DNA of 64,000 bases, from the NCBI RefSeq assembly GCF_000143415.4, contig NW_003314263.1, positions 3,102,041 to 3,166,040 on the forward strand, in the 5' to 3' direction. Below, piece after piece: positions 38,064-51,341 of this stretch; the first letter of the stretch is position 1; every line of letters begins with the position of its first letter. The DNA is from Selaginella moellendorffii. Its lineage: Eukaryota > Plantae > Lycopodiophyta. The position numbers and the translations under genes are program-made. The notes under the pieces were generated by a model. The model was not told the DNA's origin. It saw only the letters and a list, made by a program, of their open reading frames with translations, and ran no database searches.

Positions 38064-39233
38064 TCATCGATCGATCGTTCGCTCCTGCAGTGCCCAGTGA
38101 TCGATCGCTCCCTCCTCTCTCAGTTTTTCCAAGTTCTTGGGCAAATTTGTACATAGCAAGGAAGAACAAATCTCAGCCTCCAAAAAATTTGTGATGAAAC
38201 ACCCGTTTTGTTTGCTTCGCTTAGGCAGAATCGTTAAATTTTTTTTGTTTTCTATACTCGAAGAAAGTAATATTGGTGGTAGCATGGAAATGCTTTTTAA
38301 AATTCTTTCCTATACTCGAAAAGTAATATTAAGCAAAAATTCTTTCCTTCGGATTACAAGATGCTTTTCTAGTTTGGAAGATTCTCATAAAAAGTTGTGA
38401 TCATGCAACACTCTTTGTGTATGTAATTAAAAACTTTTTTTACCCATTCTTTGATTCTTTGATTAGTCATTGGCTTGTTTTCTAAAGTTGGTGGCCGTTG
38501 AAAATTTGTATTTGTAATATTCCATTTATGCCATTTGTATTTGGAGGAAGACTCCAAACTCCTTTTCTCCTTTTTTCTGCGCAATAAAAAGAAAAGGAGG
38601 TCTACGTGTTCATCAGTGTCTGCTTTTTAACTCTACGTATTTGATACGATCCGGAGAGATGGGGCTTCTGAGAAGTAGCCCATGATTCGTTTCCGATAAA
38701 CTCACAACTCTTGTTTGGAGGATCGCGTTGTCTCGCGCTTGGCACTTTTGCGTGTTCGGCAACTTCTTTAACGCTTAATCGATGGAGGGATGTTTTGGAT
38801 TCCTTGCAATTCGCCAAAGCTGGTTGTGGCTAGTTCCTGGAAAAACAAAGCACAAACAAACAAACAGAGAACAGTGCTAGACGTCAGTCTCCAATCCAAA
38901 ACGCGTTGCTGCGAAATCGACGCTACTCCAAACTCTGATAGCTGCACTGCACGCTTTGGTGTTTGAGTAGCTTAAAATACACTCGCGATGGTGCTAGTGC
39001 TTGTAGCATTCGATTTCTGGGCCTCTACAATGTGGTCAAGATGGATTTTGACAGGAGGCCACTGAAATCGTTGAGCATGCTTTTCGAGGGATGATGAACA
39101 CGCTTCCGACATTGCTTGTCTGCAAAGACCACTGAATTAGTTTTATAAACATTTCTAAACATCGGCTAATTACTAATAAAAAGCATGTCTTAACATTACT
39201 ATTGGATATTCTGGAATATCTTTTATCACCTAA

Positions 39234-40452
39234 ATGGTTCCATGGATTCAGTATGGCGACGATCGCTTGTGCTTCCCTTTGACAGACAGTAAGCTGGACT
39301 TGGGGGAATCCCTATCTTCTGTTCGTGGGGGAACAATCATATATGCAGATGGCAAATCTGTTGAGAACATTGACGAGATTCGTAAATGGGAGGGTGGAGA
39401 AGATCGGGATGGGAAGTTCCGAAATACTGCCCTTCTTCTTGCAGGTATGCGCTCAATTTTATTTCTTTTCTCTCTTTTTTCTAGTTTCGTTCGAGTCTAG
39501 CGATTTTTCTTTCTTCTCAGCGAGCTTTTTTCTCGGGTGTTGAGCACCGGCGGCCAATGGCAAGCTCTATTTGCTCGATTTTCGACTAAGTTCTCTCTCG
39601 CTTTGCAGTCAGCGGCATCACGGGTGCTGAGCTGAGGGATGCCCTCGCTGAGATCCATAACGAGATTCGAGAAATGAAAAAGGACCCTGATCGCACCAGA
39701 AGCGCTTCACGAATTACTCGTAGAGATCTTCATGCCCGTGGTGGTTTACGAAGACCTCACCGGCAACAACGCAAGCGAAGACGTCGTCGATGGACTTGTA
39801 GGCGATGACAGGCTTTGGAACGAGCTTCACGGGTGCCAGCAAACGGAGCCGAGAAGGTGGGCGATGGAAGATCGGATTCGTTGGAAGGATGCAAATGGCC
39901 ACACCATCGACAAGATGTTCGAGAACGGGCCTTTCCCGGTTTCATGCCGGAACAATCAGCTGGCTTACTGGCCAGGGGGCATTGCTAGGAGTGGATCTGA
40001 AGGGGTGGAGTTCTACGTGTGGGGTGATGTTTCTTTGGTTCTTTGTTCCCTTTCGTTCAGCCGTCAAAAGGGTGGAGCGGCCATGAGCTTGGAAGAAGAT
40101 CGTATTGTTCTTGTGCAAGTTCTTCTGCAAAGTATGGACGAGGTGAAGCGTTTCACGCAAATGGTGCTCCCACCCAAGGATGCTGCTAGTTACAGGGAAG
40201 TAACGGTTCAAGGCATTGAGCCTCCCTGGAAGAGCGGCCTGGCGAGAACAACGAACTAGCTCTCATCTGGAGAATGGGCCTACGCGGTCGCAGCTACTTC
40301 TCTGGAGGTTGGGTCCTCGACTTCTAGCAAACGAGAAAGATGTTGCGAACTTGGCTGATCTTGAGTGCTTCGATTTGTATGAACGATTAAAATCAATCAC
40401 CTGCTCCAAGTTAGCCAACAGAAGTTTAAAGAACTTTATTGACTTTTCTTGA
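39234..40452 (+). other. Possible spliced gene or pseudogene of unknown function
   Basis: Exon-like ORFs with a GT..AG intron (~39444-39608); no recognisable domain. Confidence 0.25.
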
Positions 40453-40745
40453 CTAGCTCAAAGTCAATAGCCAAACTTGAAGACTTTCTTTGACCTTTAA
40501 TTAACCCTAGTTTTTACTTTACACTAAAAAGCATATCCTTTTAGGATTCGAATAAATGATTTGGCATTATCCTAGGGAATCGCCTTTCGGGGCTTGCTTT
40601 GCGCGACCAGCCAAGCCTGGACACGTCACTGGGCGCATTACAGTCCAAGCGGACATTCCATTTTCCACGCGCCTCCAATCCCCTGGCACATAAATCACGT
40701 ATAAAAGGCGAGCGTTTCACAAAGCCTAGGAAAAGAGAAGAGAAG

Positions 40746-41530
40746 ATGGCCGTGGAAGAGAGCAAAATAGATCGTCACGCCACTGCCGATGGAGGTGAGA
40801 TGATAGCTGCCAATGATGTTAGCCACAATGATCGAGAGGCTAAAGATGGAGAGGGGCGAAAGAGAGGTAAGGGAAAGGTCGTGGTGGTGGCCATGGATGG
40901 AAGTAACTTGAGCACGCAAGCGCTTCACTGGGTCTTGGAGAATTTGGTCTTTCGCAAAGCCGAGAGGGATGAGGATTCGGACGAGATCGTTCTCTTCCAC
41001 ACCCAGCAAGTTCCTCCAGCGAACTGTAATCTCGGTAAGTTGATTGCTAGAAGATGAGAAAAACTTTCCTGTTTGCTCTTTGATGGATAAGCTTGCTTTG
41101 GACAGGGATCACGACCCAGGAGATGATCGATGCGATCAAAATGCAAGAGGAGGAGGCCGCGGTGGAAGTCCTGGAAAGTGGGAAGACGCTCTGCGAAGAA
41201 CACAAGGTAGAAGCTAGCAAGCAAAAAGAAACTTCGATTACTTACGCTTTCTTCCTTCGTCCCAAGGTGAAAGTCAGGACGATTGTAAAGTCTGGAGACC
41301 CCCGAGATCACATCTGCGAGATTGTTGAAAAGGAACAAGCGAATGTTCTCGTCATGGGGAACAACGGGCATGGAACGCTCAAGAGGTTTGTGCTCATCTT
41401 CTTCTTGTTTCAACTTCATACCAAGCTGATGAAATTGATGGAAAACCATAGGCTTCTTCTCGGGAGCACCTCAGACCACTGCGTTCACCGTGTGAAATGT
41501 CACGTAATCATCGCAAAGGATTTACGGTAA
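40746..41530 (+). CDS. Universal stress protein (UspA-like), 4 exons
   Basis: KVVVVAMDGSNLSTQALHWVLENL..GDPRDHICEIVEKEQANVLVMGNNGHG..LLLGSTSDHCVHRVKCHVIIAK; short GT-AG introns. Confidence 0.92.
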
Positions 41531-41739
41531 AGGAGTTACTTGCCACTCACTACAAGCACCCAAAAACCTTGACGTACCGAGTTATTGAGTCTGCCGTTAT
41601 GTAAATGTCTTCGTTGCCGCTTTCATGTATCTCTGTCGATGTTTCTGAGCCCATGTTTATAATTTCTCACTGTAAAAAAATAAAAAATTAACTGAAGAAA
41701 GAAAAGCTTGTCATACCCATGAAAGAAGTTACATTTTCA

Positions 41740-42200
41740 CAAGAAGTCCCCTGAGATGCACGGTCACAGTAGCGTCTCTAGAAGTTTAAAGCACGGGCCG
41801 CTTTACATTACCTTCAGCTCCAATCCTTGGCCATGTCTGCAAAATCCTTTCATCTGTGACAAACAGAAAAGAAAAAATGAACTCCGAGGCCCAACTTTCC
41901 ATGTCCAAGGATGTGTTCCTTTCTACAGCACGAGGACCGCAACTATAGAAACAGCACTCCAGCCTTGCCCCAGCTTTCAGCATGTATGAAGCACTGTAGC
42001 CACCTTCAACTGGTTCGTTTGGACCCGCAAGATCTGGAATAACACCTTGCTGTCACTGGAATACGTAGCCAGCACCTGTGTGTCGTTTACGATTGTAAAA
42101 ATTTTCATCAGAGGGATCTGGCACTACAAACACCGACAGAACAATACATACCTTTTGTGGATTTCTTTATGGTCGCTTTCATCGCTTCCTGTTAATGTTT
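41740..42200 (-). pseudogene. Diverged F-box-associated/kelch-like fragment paralogous to 42600-43500
   Basis: QVLATYSSDSK and WTWKV motifs shared with the array fragment. Confidence 0.4.
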
Positions 42201-42599
42201 CCGAGCTCATGTTGCACATTGAACCGAATACATATCACTAAATAAAAATCTGGGAACACCTTGAGCTTACTACCAAACAAACAGTTTGTCACAAGATACA
42301 TACCGAGAGAGTCCAATGTTTTTCAGTATGCTATTCCAAGAAGTTAAAAAAAAAATTCGCCATCTTTTACAAGCAGTCCCCCTGAAAAGCACTTTTCAGT
42401 ACTGTCTCGGGAAAAGTAAGTCAACTCTGACACAGAAAAACAAATCTGACGCAAACGAAAACTCCAAAATTGAAGAAACTTACCTGAGAATGAGGAACAA
42501 AAACGTGGTGCAAGCGCTGGGCGTGTTAACATTTGCCACGGCCGCGAAATCAAGCTCCACGACTAAAGTACGATCGTCAAGTCTGCACTTTGTGTAGCA

Positions 42600-43560
42600 C
42601 CCCTCCTCAAGCCACTCCTATGTCACGCTCCGAGAATCAAACACTGCCACCCTGCTCCCCAGAACCGCAAACGTAAGATTTCCATGCGCACAGCACTTGC
42701 GAAAGTCCCAGTAGCAAAAGTCACCCTCTAAAGTTGCCACCTCTTTCCATGTCCAAGGGTGATTTTCTCTGTCCAGTACCGCGACGGCAGCTTTAGAATT
42801 ACGTGTGAACAGCACTCCAACCTCGCCCCCCAGCTTCAAGCATGTATAAATCAATGTAGAAGTCACCTTCACCTCGCTGGAAGACATCTTTCTCCCCGTC
42901 CCACGCATATACCCATTTGGATCCGCTAAACTCCGCCACATCTTCGATCTCTAGCAGCACGAGTGCGGAGTGCTCCGAGAAGTAACCGAGACCGTACTGC
43001 AACCCTCCAATGAACACCGTGTTGAGAGACGCCGGGTAGCGAGTAAGTGTCCAAATACCCAGCCTTGAGTCAAACAGTTACGGGGAGAGCCAGATCGGGA
43101 AGAATTGCTTGCCGTCACTGACATACGTCGCCAGCACCTGTGTGCACTTGTCGATAAAACTGTCGATAGGAGGGACCTGGACCCATTGCTGCGTCAGTGG
43201 ATTCCCCACCAGGAAATGCTTCTTGTTGACGAAGATCTTCCTCCGGTCGCATAAGACGAGGCCGCGTGAGAAAGGTATGGCACAGAACATTTGGGTGCAA
43301 ACCGAGACTCCCAAGAATCCGGCAGCTCTTTTATGACGGGTTCATTTCTGCAAAACAGCGAAGTTGTTGTTTCAAGGAAAGGAACGAGTATAAAAAGTAT
43401 CACCGAGGCCAGCTGGAAGGTGATATCGCAAGTACCGAGTAGGTTCATCAAGTCGGTGGTGCAGTAACAACACGATTTTGGATTGAGAGTGACCATTTTG
43501 TCTCCACAGGAGCCTGAAACTCGGATCATCCAGCATGCGAGCCCAGTGCTTGCATACCAG
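42600..43560 (-). pseudogene. F-box-associated (kelch-like beta-propeller) gene fragment; copies at ~48100-49050, ~54600-55580, ~60150-61090
   Basis: SRGLVLCD..FLVGNPLTQQWVQVPP is characteristic of plant F-box interaction domains; frameshifted. Confidence 0.55.
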
Positions 43561-44829
43561 CTTGGACCGTGCTACCCATTGCAGACCGCTGGAATTGAGA
43601 AGCAGAAATCTAGTTAGCTCTAAACCTTAAGTCAGATATAAGCTTTTACTCTGGGATTTGGTTGTTGTAGCTCGTCGAATTGTGATGCCTCGAGGCTCTG
43701 CATGCATTGGTGAGAGAGCTCTCAAGTTCGTCAGCTCTACCAGCATCGACCAGAGTTGGATTTCTACACTGCTACTTTCATCGTCTTCGTCATAGCTTAG
43801 CTCGAACTATCCTCCAGTTCCAAGCTTCGTTCCACCAAAGTACCTGGATTTCCAATTAGCTTTTGTTCTGTCGTTTGGAAAAACGATGATAGGTACCTCG
43901 TGACAATGATCATAACTCCATCCACACCAGAATTTTCTCTGGCAGCATCTTCCTGCCGTCCCTCCAGGCTCTCCACCATCGCTAACACGATAGCGTTCTT
44001 TGATCTAAGCTGGAAGAAAATGAAACATTCAAGCAAGGAAACGAAGAAGGCGAAATAAATGAACCACATTGTAAGCCCAGCACTCGTGAGTTGCCCGTGG
44101 ATCCAAGACCTTGCAAACAAAAGAATGAGCTGAGATCGCGATTTTCTTCTTTGCAAAACTAGACCTGGGAGAGAAATGCCAATGCGCCTTGTTCATCGTC
44201 CACTGTCCAGAGCGGCCGTGGCGATGAACTTACTTCCTTTCATCTCGCACTGCGAAGAAAACCTGCTGTATATGCCGATGCTGCGCCATCGCTCCAAGAT
44301 TTCGCTCCTCTCTGGCGACTGAAATGCACGCCAGCGCCGCCGTCCTTCCATCGATCGGCGATCTAGCACCAGCTAGAAAAACCCTAGACGAGGAATCCAA
44401 GCCCAAGCGCGAGTGCCTTTCGAAAATTGCGGTGCTATAGAATCTTGACACACTCGTGGCGCAATCCTCACCGTCAGTTCATCCACTGTTCCCGCTCTCT
44501 CTCTCTCTCTCGGTAAGTCGGCAATGTCAACATCAAAGCAGGTTTGATCTTCCCAATTCCATGCATTCTCTCTCTCTCTCTAGGAAGTTCTCGCTACATG
44601 TAGCTCCTGGGACTTTGGAGTGTCTTGAAATATACGTACTCATTTGATCATTTTTATCGGCTAGCTCTCACTGTTCTTCTTCTTTTCTGCCTATTTCTTT
44701 CAAGAGAAGCTGGCCAGAAAGACGAATTTTCTTGTACAAATCATCGGGAAAAGAAGAAATGGAGACTAGTTCTCATTGATTATCTCAAGAGAAATACGGA
44801 AATATAATAAGCTTAAGTGAAAAACCTTT

Positions 44830-45428
44830 TACAAAATTTTAAGCTCATCTGATTCTCAAACCTTCTTGCAGCCCCAGGAACATCTTCAGTATCAAGTTTG
44901 AATAGCTCATCCGCCTTCAGGTCAACATATTCTGACGCAGGAACTATGGTGTTGCAGTTGGAGCAGCTGGATACCTGGACTATCGTCGATGGTGCCTCCA
45001 TTTACATTGAGAGTCCGGGACCAATTCTCCAGTGCGTTTCCGACGTGAAATCCAATCACCATGAGTTTGCGAAACAGGGAATCTACGTGTATATGGAGCC
45101 CTGGACGCTGCAGGATTTTGATGACAGCGGCAAGGCAGTTGGCTTGAACATCACGGATATGCAAGATCGATATCCCTACTGCGGAGGAGTTCCCAGATAC
45201 ATCTTTTACTCAAACACGAGCAGACTCAAGAGCCTCATCAACGATGCTTTTGCGAATGTTAGCAACGTCTCCGAGTTATTGAAGAATCCTGATAGCGAGT
45301 TTTCCAACAAGATTTTACATTATAGATCATCTCAGCGTCCACAAGAAATAGATATAAGGGTGGAAATTAAAAGATGTTTAATAAAACTCCCTTTACCCAA
45401 AACTTTAAACACACATTTCATCCCTTAA
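44830..45428 (+). pseudogene. Crinkler/RHS-like NTPase-region fragment; copies at ~50650-51180, 56836-57492, ~62670-63314
   Basis: YMEPWTLQD..DRYPYCGGVPRYIF..SNKILH matches the CRN/RHSP pattern 'YMPxWxxxE..RyxxxGGvPRxif..ShxlxH'. Confidence 0.6.
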
Positions 45429-45493
45429 GCTTGTAAAAAAGGACATATTTTAGGTTTTCACTTGTTGTCCTTTCAGCAGAGAAGCCAGCAGCG

Positions 45494-46471
45494 ATGCCAA
45501 ACAAAAGCAGCAAGGTGTACAAGGAGCTCCATCTTCTCCAGAACTACCCACTGTTTTGGTCCTCATCCTCCCAGCAGAGTGGCCTCCAGTTTGGAAGCGT
45601 GGATGAGTTGAAATCGTACTTGAAAAAGCAGCACCCGACCTGTATGAAGTGCAATCGCGCTGAGTGTAGCAACTTCGACTACTTCAACAACGACAACATT
45701 GGCCAGCCAAGGTATCGCTGCAGTCAGTGCAATAAAAAATTCACTTATGGCGGAAAAACAAGACCAACCTACATGAAGCGGCCAAGATCGAGCAGCAGTC
45801 AGGAAGTTGACATGGGACATGAGAACAAGAAGCTCAAGTGCGCTCCAGTTGAAGACGAGACGAGCAAGGGTTCGCTGGTCCACGAAAGTCAAGCGAAGCA
45901 GAGTGGTCAACAGGCCGATAAAGCTGGGGCGGTGATCTGGGTGGGGGACATGGAAGATTTTGACATGGATGACTTGGAGGTGGCTAGAATCATGGCACTG
46001 GTCGAGGAGAATGAAGTCTCAAACGAGGAGGAACACATCCCTCTTGTGTTCCCTGAGGTGGCAGAAATTGTAGTGAGTGACGAAGAGATGACTGAAATTC
46101 TGTCGTCAAATCTTGAGGATGTGGATGATGAGGAGATGCTAAATCTCGTGCTTGAGGAGGTTTTGGAGCATCCAGAACACAAGGAGGGCTTTGCGGAAAT
46201 TCAAATTGGCAATGGGGAAACGAGCCAAATCCTCCAAAAGAATGTGGACAATGAGGATCTTGTGCTTGAGGGGGATTCTCAGGAGGAGAAGGCAGAGGCA
46301 ATGGAGGGGGACATTTATTTTGCTCTCGAGCTTGAACAGGATCTCCAGGCCGAAGAAGATAAGCGAAAGGAGGAATCCATGATGCTCTGGAAGATTGAAT
46401 TGGAGAAAGCTAAATGGAGTGGTATGTTTAATTTCAAAACAAATCGGCAGATTGAATCAACAATCAAATGA
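45494..46471 (+). CDS. Divergent Dof-like C2C2 zinc-finger protein with basic NLS-like stretch and long acidic C-terminus (copy 1)
   Basis: CMKC..FDYFNNDNIGQPRYRCSQC..FTYGGKTR versus canonical Dof CPRC..FCYFNNYN..QPRxxCxxCxRYWTxGGxxR; 325-aa open ORF. Confidence 0.75.
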   Translation: MPNKSSKVYKELHLLQNYPLFWSSSSQQSGLQFGSVDELKSYLKKQHPTCMKCNRAECSNFDYFNNDNIGQPRYRCSQCNKKFTYGGKTRPTYMKRPRSSSSQEVDMGHENKKLKCAPVEDETSKGSLVHESQAKQSGQQADKAGAVIWVGDMEDFDMDDLEVARIMALVEENEVSNEEEHIPLVFPEVAEIVVSDEEMTEILSSNLEDVDDEEMLNLVLEEVLEHPEHKEGFAEIQIGNGETSQILQKNVDNEDLVLEGDSQEEKAEAMEGDIYFALELEQDLQAEEDKRKEESMMLWKIELEKAKWSGMFNFKTNRQIESTIK

Positions 46472-46699
46472 ACACAATCAGGATAGAAAAAGAAAAACAA
46501 ATACTTCCATGTTTGGTGTAAAATTTATTAATAGTATTAGATCGAAGTACCACTTTTTTTGAATTAAAGATGATGTTCACAACAAGAATTTTCCACTGGT
46601 CCTGAAATCGGGAAGCAGTCTTATTGGCCTGGGCATGTATCAAGACCTTGTTTCCAGATTTAAGATGTGACAGCGGCAAGATCGGGTCCTTGGCCTTCT

Positions 46700-48090
46700 T
46701 TTCCGCCATGGTTACCATTTTCTTGCATAATTACTGCTCGGTTTTCCTTGTCAGTGCTATGAACGTCGGCCTTGCCCTCATCTTGCTTTGGAGATATGGC
46801 CATCTCGTCTGTCTCAGCCTGAGGCCTCTCAACACTGCGACAGCGAATGCGGAATCGTTGCTCCAAGAGCTTGAAAGGCCGAGAATGCGGAATCGTTGCT
46901 CCAAGAGAAAGTAGCTATTCGGGCCGAGAAAGTAATCCAAAGACTGCGACAGCGAATGCGGAATCGTTGCTCCAAGAACTTGAAAGGCCGAGAATGCGGA
47001 ATCGTTGCTCCAAGAGAAAGTAGCTATTCGGGCCTCTTCTGCTCGATCCAGGACAATTCTCCCTGCTCCGTTTACTATTTTCCTTGCCGCTGCACCATAC
47101 ATCCACTGCTGCTTACCAGCATCTATTACAAAAAGCTTGCCAGTAAAAGCATATAAGAAAAGCCAACCTGCATGTTCTTTGAATGAAGAATCGCACAGTG
47201 CGTTTGCAAGTTCAGGAATTGTAGCCTCAGCTACAACTTCAACTGTTCGTAAGCCCGCTTTGTATAAACATCTAGCTCGCGCAGCCTGTGAAAACATAAA
47301 ACAAAGGTAAAACAATCCAAGAGCTTGCACTTCCTAGTGGCGAAACTTCAGTATTATGGAACAAAGGTCGACCATACATACCTGAACAAGCTTGGACAAT
47401 ATAAGAGCCACAAAAAAGCGTCTGTACACACGCAAGTTTTGATTCGCCTCGCTAGCCTTCTCACTACCTTTTAGACTCCTTTTACGGCCCTGCATTGGTG
47501 CTCCATGAGCCATGCGCATCACGGATGCCTCGGTCACCCCAACTCTAGCAACTGCCTGTAAAATGCGAAAGCATTACAATGTCTATTTCTAGCTTTCGTC
47601 TATAAGAACCTGATCGACATAGGTCAATTCGACAAATCTTTGATAGTGAACTCCCCAGTCCGGTTCAAGCTCCATGTGAATAGGAGTAACCTCGTAAACA
47701 AGGTGCAAATCCGACGCTAAAACAAAACTATCACGGGCTTTAGCAAGATCCTCAAAGACAACCTGCATCCACATAATTAAAATTCGTCATTGCCAGCAAA
47801 AACGAGCGAGAACGTACCAAGAATTCTTCCGGGCTGAGCGAACTGCCAAACGCTGCTTTTCCTAATGGACTTATTTTTGTAGACCTGTAACTCCTGATCC
47901 CACTCTATGAGTCGCTTGTGGCACAGAAAAGAATCTTGAGCAGACTTCACGACGTCATCAAAAGGCTGTGTAGAGTTGAGAAGGGTGCAGAGCGGTTCAC
48001 ATCCTGTGCCCACCTCCAAAACGAGCTCTCATCATTCCATTCTTTTCCTCGGCGAGACATGACCGCAACGGTTGACAACCTTCTCTCCGA
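46700..48090 (-). pseudogene. POLQ: DNA polymerase theta (TEBICHI/POLQ) helicase-region exon fragments
   Basis: VFEDLAKARDSFVLASDLHLVYEVTP; RRFFVALILSKLVQ; ARARCLYKAGLRTVE..AEA; CTLLNS. Confidence 0.8.
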
Positions 48091-51000
48091 GTGAGTTCGC
48101 TTTGTGATGGTACGAACTGCAAGTGAAGTATCTGGAGGTAGCGTTTTACTCCCGTGAGTCCCAAAATATCCACGGACACAACATGTTCCAAGCCTCCTCA
48201 AGCCACTCCCATCGACAGAACCGCAAACGTAAGGCTTCCATGCGTACAGCACTTGCGAAAGTCCCAGCTGTGAAAGTTGCCCTCTAAAGTTGCCACCTCT
48301 TTCCACGTCCATGGTTGTTTTTCTCTGTCCAGCACCGCGACCACAGCTTTAGAATCATGTATCCCACAGCATGTCGAAGAGCTATCCACAGCACTCCACT
48401 AAACTCCATTTGGATCCGCTAAACTCCGCCACATCTTCGATCTGGAGCAGCACAAGTGCGGAGTGGTGCGAGAAGTAACTGAGATAGTACTGATGAACAC
48501 CGTGTTGAGAGACGTCAGGCAAACCGTTTGGTAGCGAGGAAGTGTCCTAATACCCAGCCTCGAGTCAAACACGTACGGGGAAAGCGAGATCCGGAAGAAT
48601 TGCTTGCCGTCACTGACATACGTCGCCAGCACCTGTGTGCACTTGTCGATAAAACTGTCGATAGACCCATTGCTGCGTCAGTGGATTCCCCACCAGGAAA
48701 TGCTTCTTGTTGACGAAGATCTTCCTCCGGTCGCATAAGACGAGGCCGCGTGAGAAAGGTATGGCACAGAACATTCGGGTGCAAACCGAGACTCCCAAGA
48801 ATCCGGCAGCTCTTTTATGACGGGTTCATTTCTGCAAAACAGCGAAGTTGTTGTTTCAAGGAAAGGAACGAGTATAAAAAGTATCACCAAGGCCAGCTGG
48901 AAGATGATATCGCAAGTACCGAGTAGGTTCATCAAGTCGGTGGTGCAGTAACAACACGATTTTGGTTTGAGAGTGACCATTTTGTCTCCACAGGAGCCTG
49001 AAACTCGGATCATCCAGCATGCGAGCCCAGTGCTTGCATACCAGCTTGGACCATGCTACGTCTGCGGCTAGTAGCCAGGAGAGTAAATGTGTCTGAAGCT
49101 CCAGCGGTAAGCTTCAGCAGGAAGAATTAAAAGGAGAAGCAGAAATCCAGTTAGCTCTAAAGCTTAAGTTAAAGGAGAGAAAAATAACCTTTTCCTCTAG
49201 GAGTTGGTTGTTGTAGCTCGTTGAATTGTGATGCCTCCTCTGCATGCATTGGTGAGAGAGCTTTCAAGTTCGTCAGCTCTACCAGCATCGAGCGAGAGTT
49301 GGATTTCTACACTGCTACTTTCATCATCTTCGTCATAGCTTTCTTTAATGTTCTCGGTTCCGTGAAGCTGAAGCTGGATTCATCGCCCATCAAGTCAGAA
49401 AGAACAAAACTAATAACACCAAAGCTTACAAGAGGGTACACAGCTCCAAGATGATCAAACCCAAACTTGAGAACCAGGGAGATCTACACACTCGATGCAA
49501 GTCAGGAGACAACACCAAACTACATAAGAAAACCTTTGCTTTGACAATGTGCGTCGGTGCGTCTTTGAGGCAGTCAGCAGCGATTCCTCCATAAGCTCGA
49601 ACGAGTCCTCCAGTTCCAAGCTTCGTTCCACCAAAGTACCTGGATTTCCAATTAGCCTTTGTTCTTTCGTTTGGAAAAACGATGATAGGTACCTCGTGAC
49701 AACGACCATAACTCCATCCACACCAGAATTTTCTATGGCAGCATAGATTGGCCGTCCTGCCGTTCCTCCAGGCTCTCCATCATCGCTAAAACGATAGCGT
49801 TCTTTGATCTAAGCTGGAAGAAAATGAAACATTCAAGCAAGGAAACGAAGAAGGCGAAATAAATGAACCACATTGTAAGCCCAGCACTCGTGAGTTGCCC
49901 GTGGATCCAAGACCTTGCAAACAAAAGAATGAGCTGAGATCGCGATTTTCTTCTTTGCAAAACTAGACCTGGGAGAGAAATGCCAATGCGCCTTGTTCAT
50001 CGTCCACTGTCCAGAGCGGCCGTGGCGATGAACTTACTTCCTTTCATCTCGCACTGCGAAGAAAACCTGCTGTATATGCCGATGCTGCGCCATCGCTCCA
50101 AGATTTCGCTCCTCTCTGGCGACTGAAATGCATATACATTGGCGCCAGCGCCGCCGTCCTTCCATCGATCGGCGACCTAGCACCAGCTAGAAAAACCCTA
50201 GACGAGGAATCCAAGCCCAAGCGCGAGTGCCTTTCGAAAATTGCGGTGCTATAGAATCTTGACACACTCGTGGCGCAATCCTCACCGTCAGTTCATCCAC
50301 TGTTCCCGCTCTCTCTCTCTCTCTCGGTAAGTCGGCAATGTCAACATCAAAGCAGGTTTGATCTTCCCAATTCCATGCATTCTCTCTCTCTCTCTCTCTA
50401 GGAAGTTCTCGCTACATGTAGCTCCTGGGATTTTGGAGTGTCTTGAAATATACGTACTCATTTGATCATTTTTATCGGCTAGCTCTCACTGTTCTTCTTC
50501 TTTTCTGCCTATTTCTTTCAAGAGAAGCTGGCCAGAAAGACGAATTTTCTTGTACAAATCATCGGGAAAAGAAGAAATGGAGACTAGCTCTCATTGATTA
50601 TCTCAAGAGAAATACGGAAATATAATAAGCTTAAGTGAAAAACCTTTTACAAAATTTTAAGCTCATCTGATTCTCAAACCTTCTTGCAGCCCCAGGAACA
50701 TCTTCAGTGTCAAGTTTGAATAGCTCATCCTCCTTCAGGTCAACATATTCTGACGCAGGAACTATGGTGTTGCAGTTGGAGCAGCTGGATACCTGGACTA
50801 TCGTCGATGGTGCCTCCACTTACATTGAGAGTCCGGGACCAATTCTCCAGTGCGTTTCCGACGTGAAATCCAATCACCATGAGTTTGCGAAACAGGGAAT
50901 CTACGTGTATATGGAGCCCTGGACGCTGCAGGATTGTGATGACGGCGCCAAGGCAGTTGGCTTGAACACCATGGATATGCGAGATCGATATCCCTACTGC

Positions 51001-51341
51001 GGAGGAGTTCCCGAGTAGACTCAAGAGCCTCATCAACAACACTTTTGCGAATGTTAGCAACGTCTCCAAGTTATTGAAGAATCCTGATAGCGAGTTTTCC
51101 AACAAGATTTTACATTATAGGTCAGTTCTTTGCTTTTTCTTCTTTCGAATACATGCTCTTCTTTTGCAGGTCTCAGCGTCCACAAGAAATGGAGGCATCT
51201 AGATAAAAGGGTGGAAAGTAAAAGAGGTTTAATAAAACTCCCTTTACCCAAAACTTTACACACACATTTCATCCCTTAAGCTTGTAAAAAAGGAAATATT
51301 TTAGGTTTTCACTTGTCCTTTCAGCAGAGAAGCCAGCAGCA

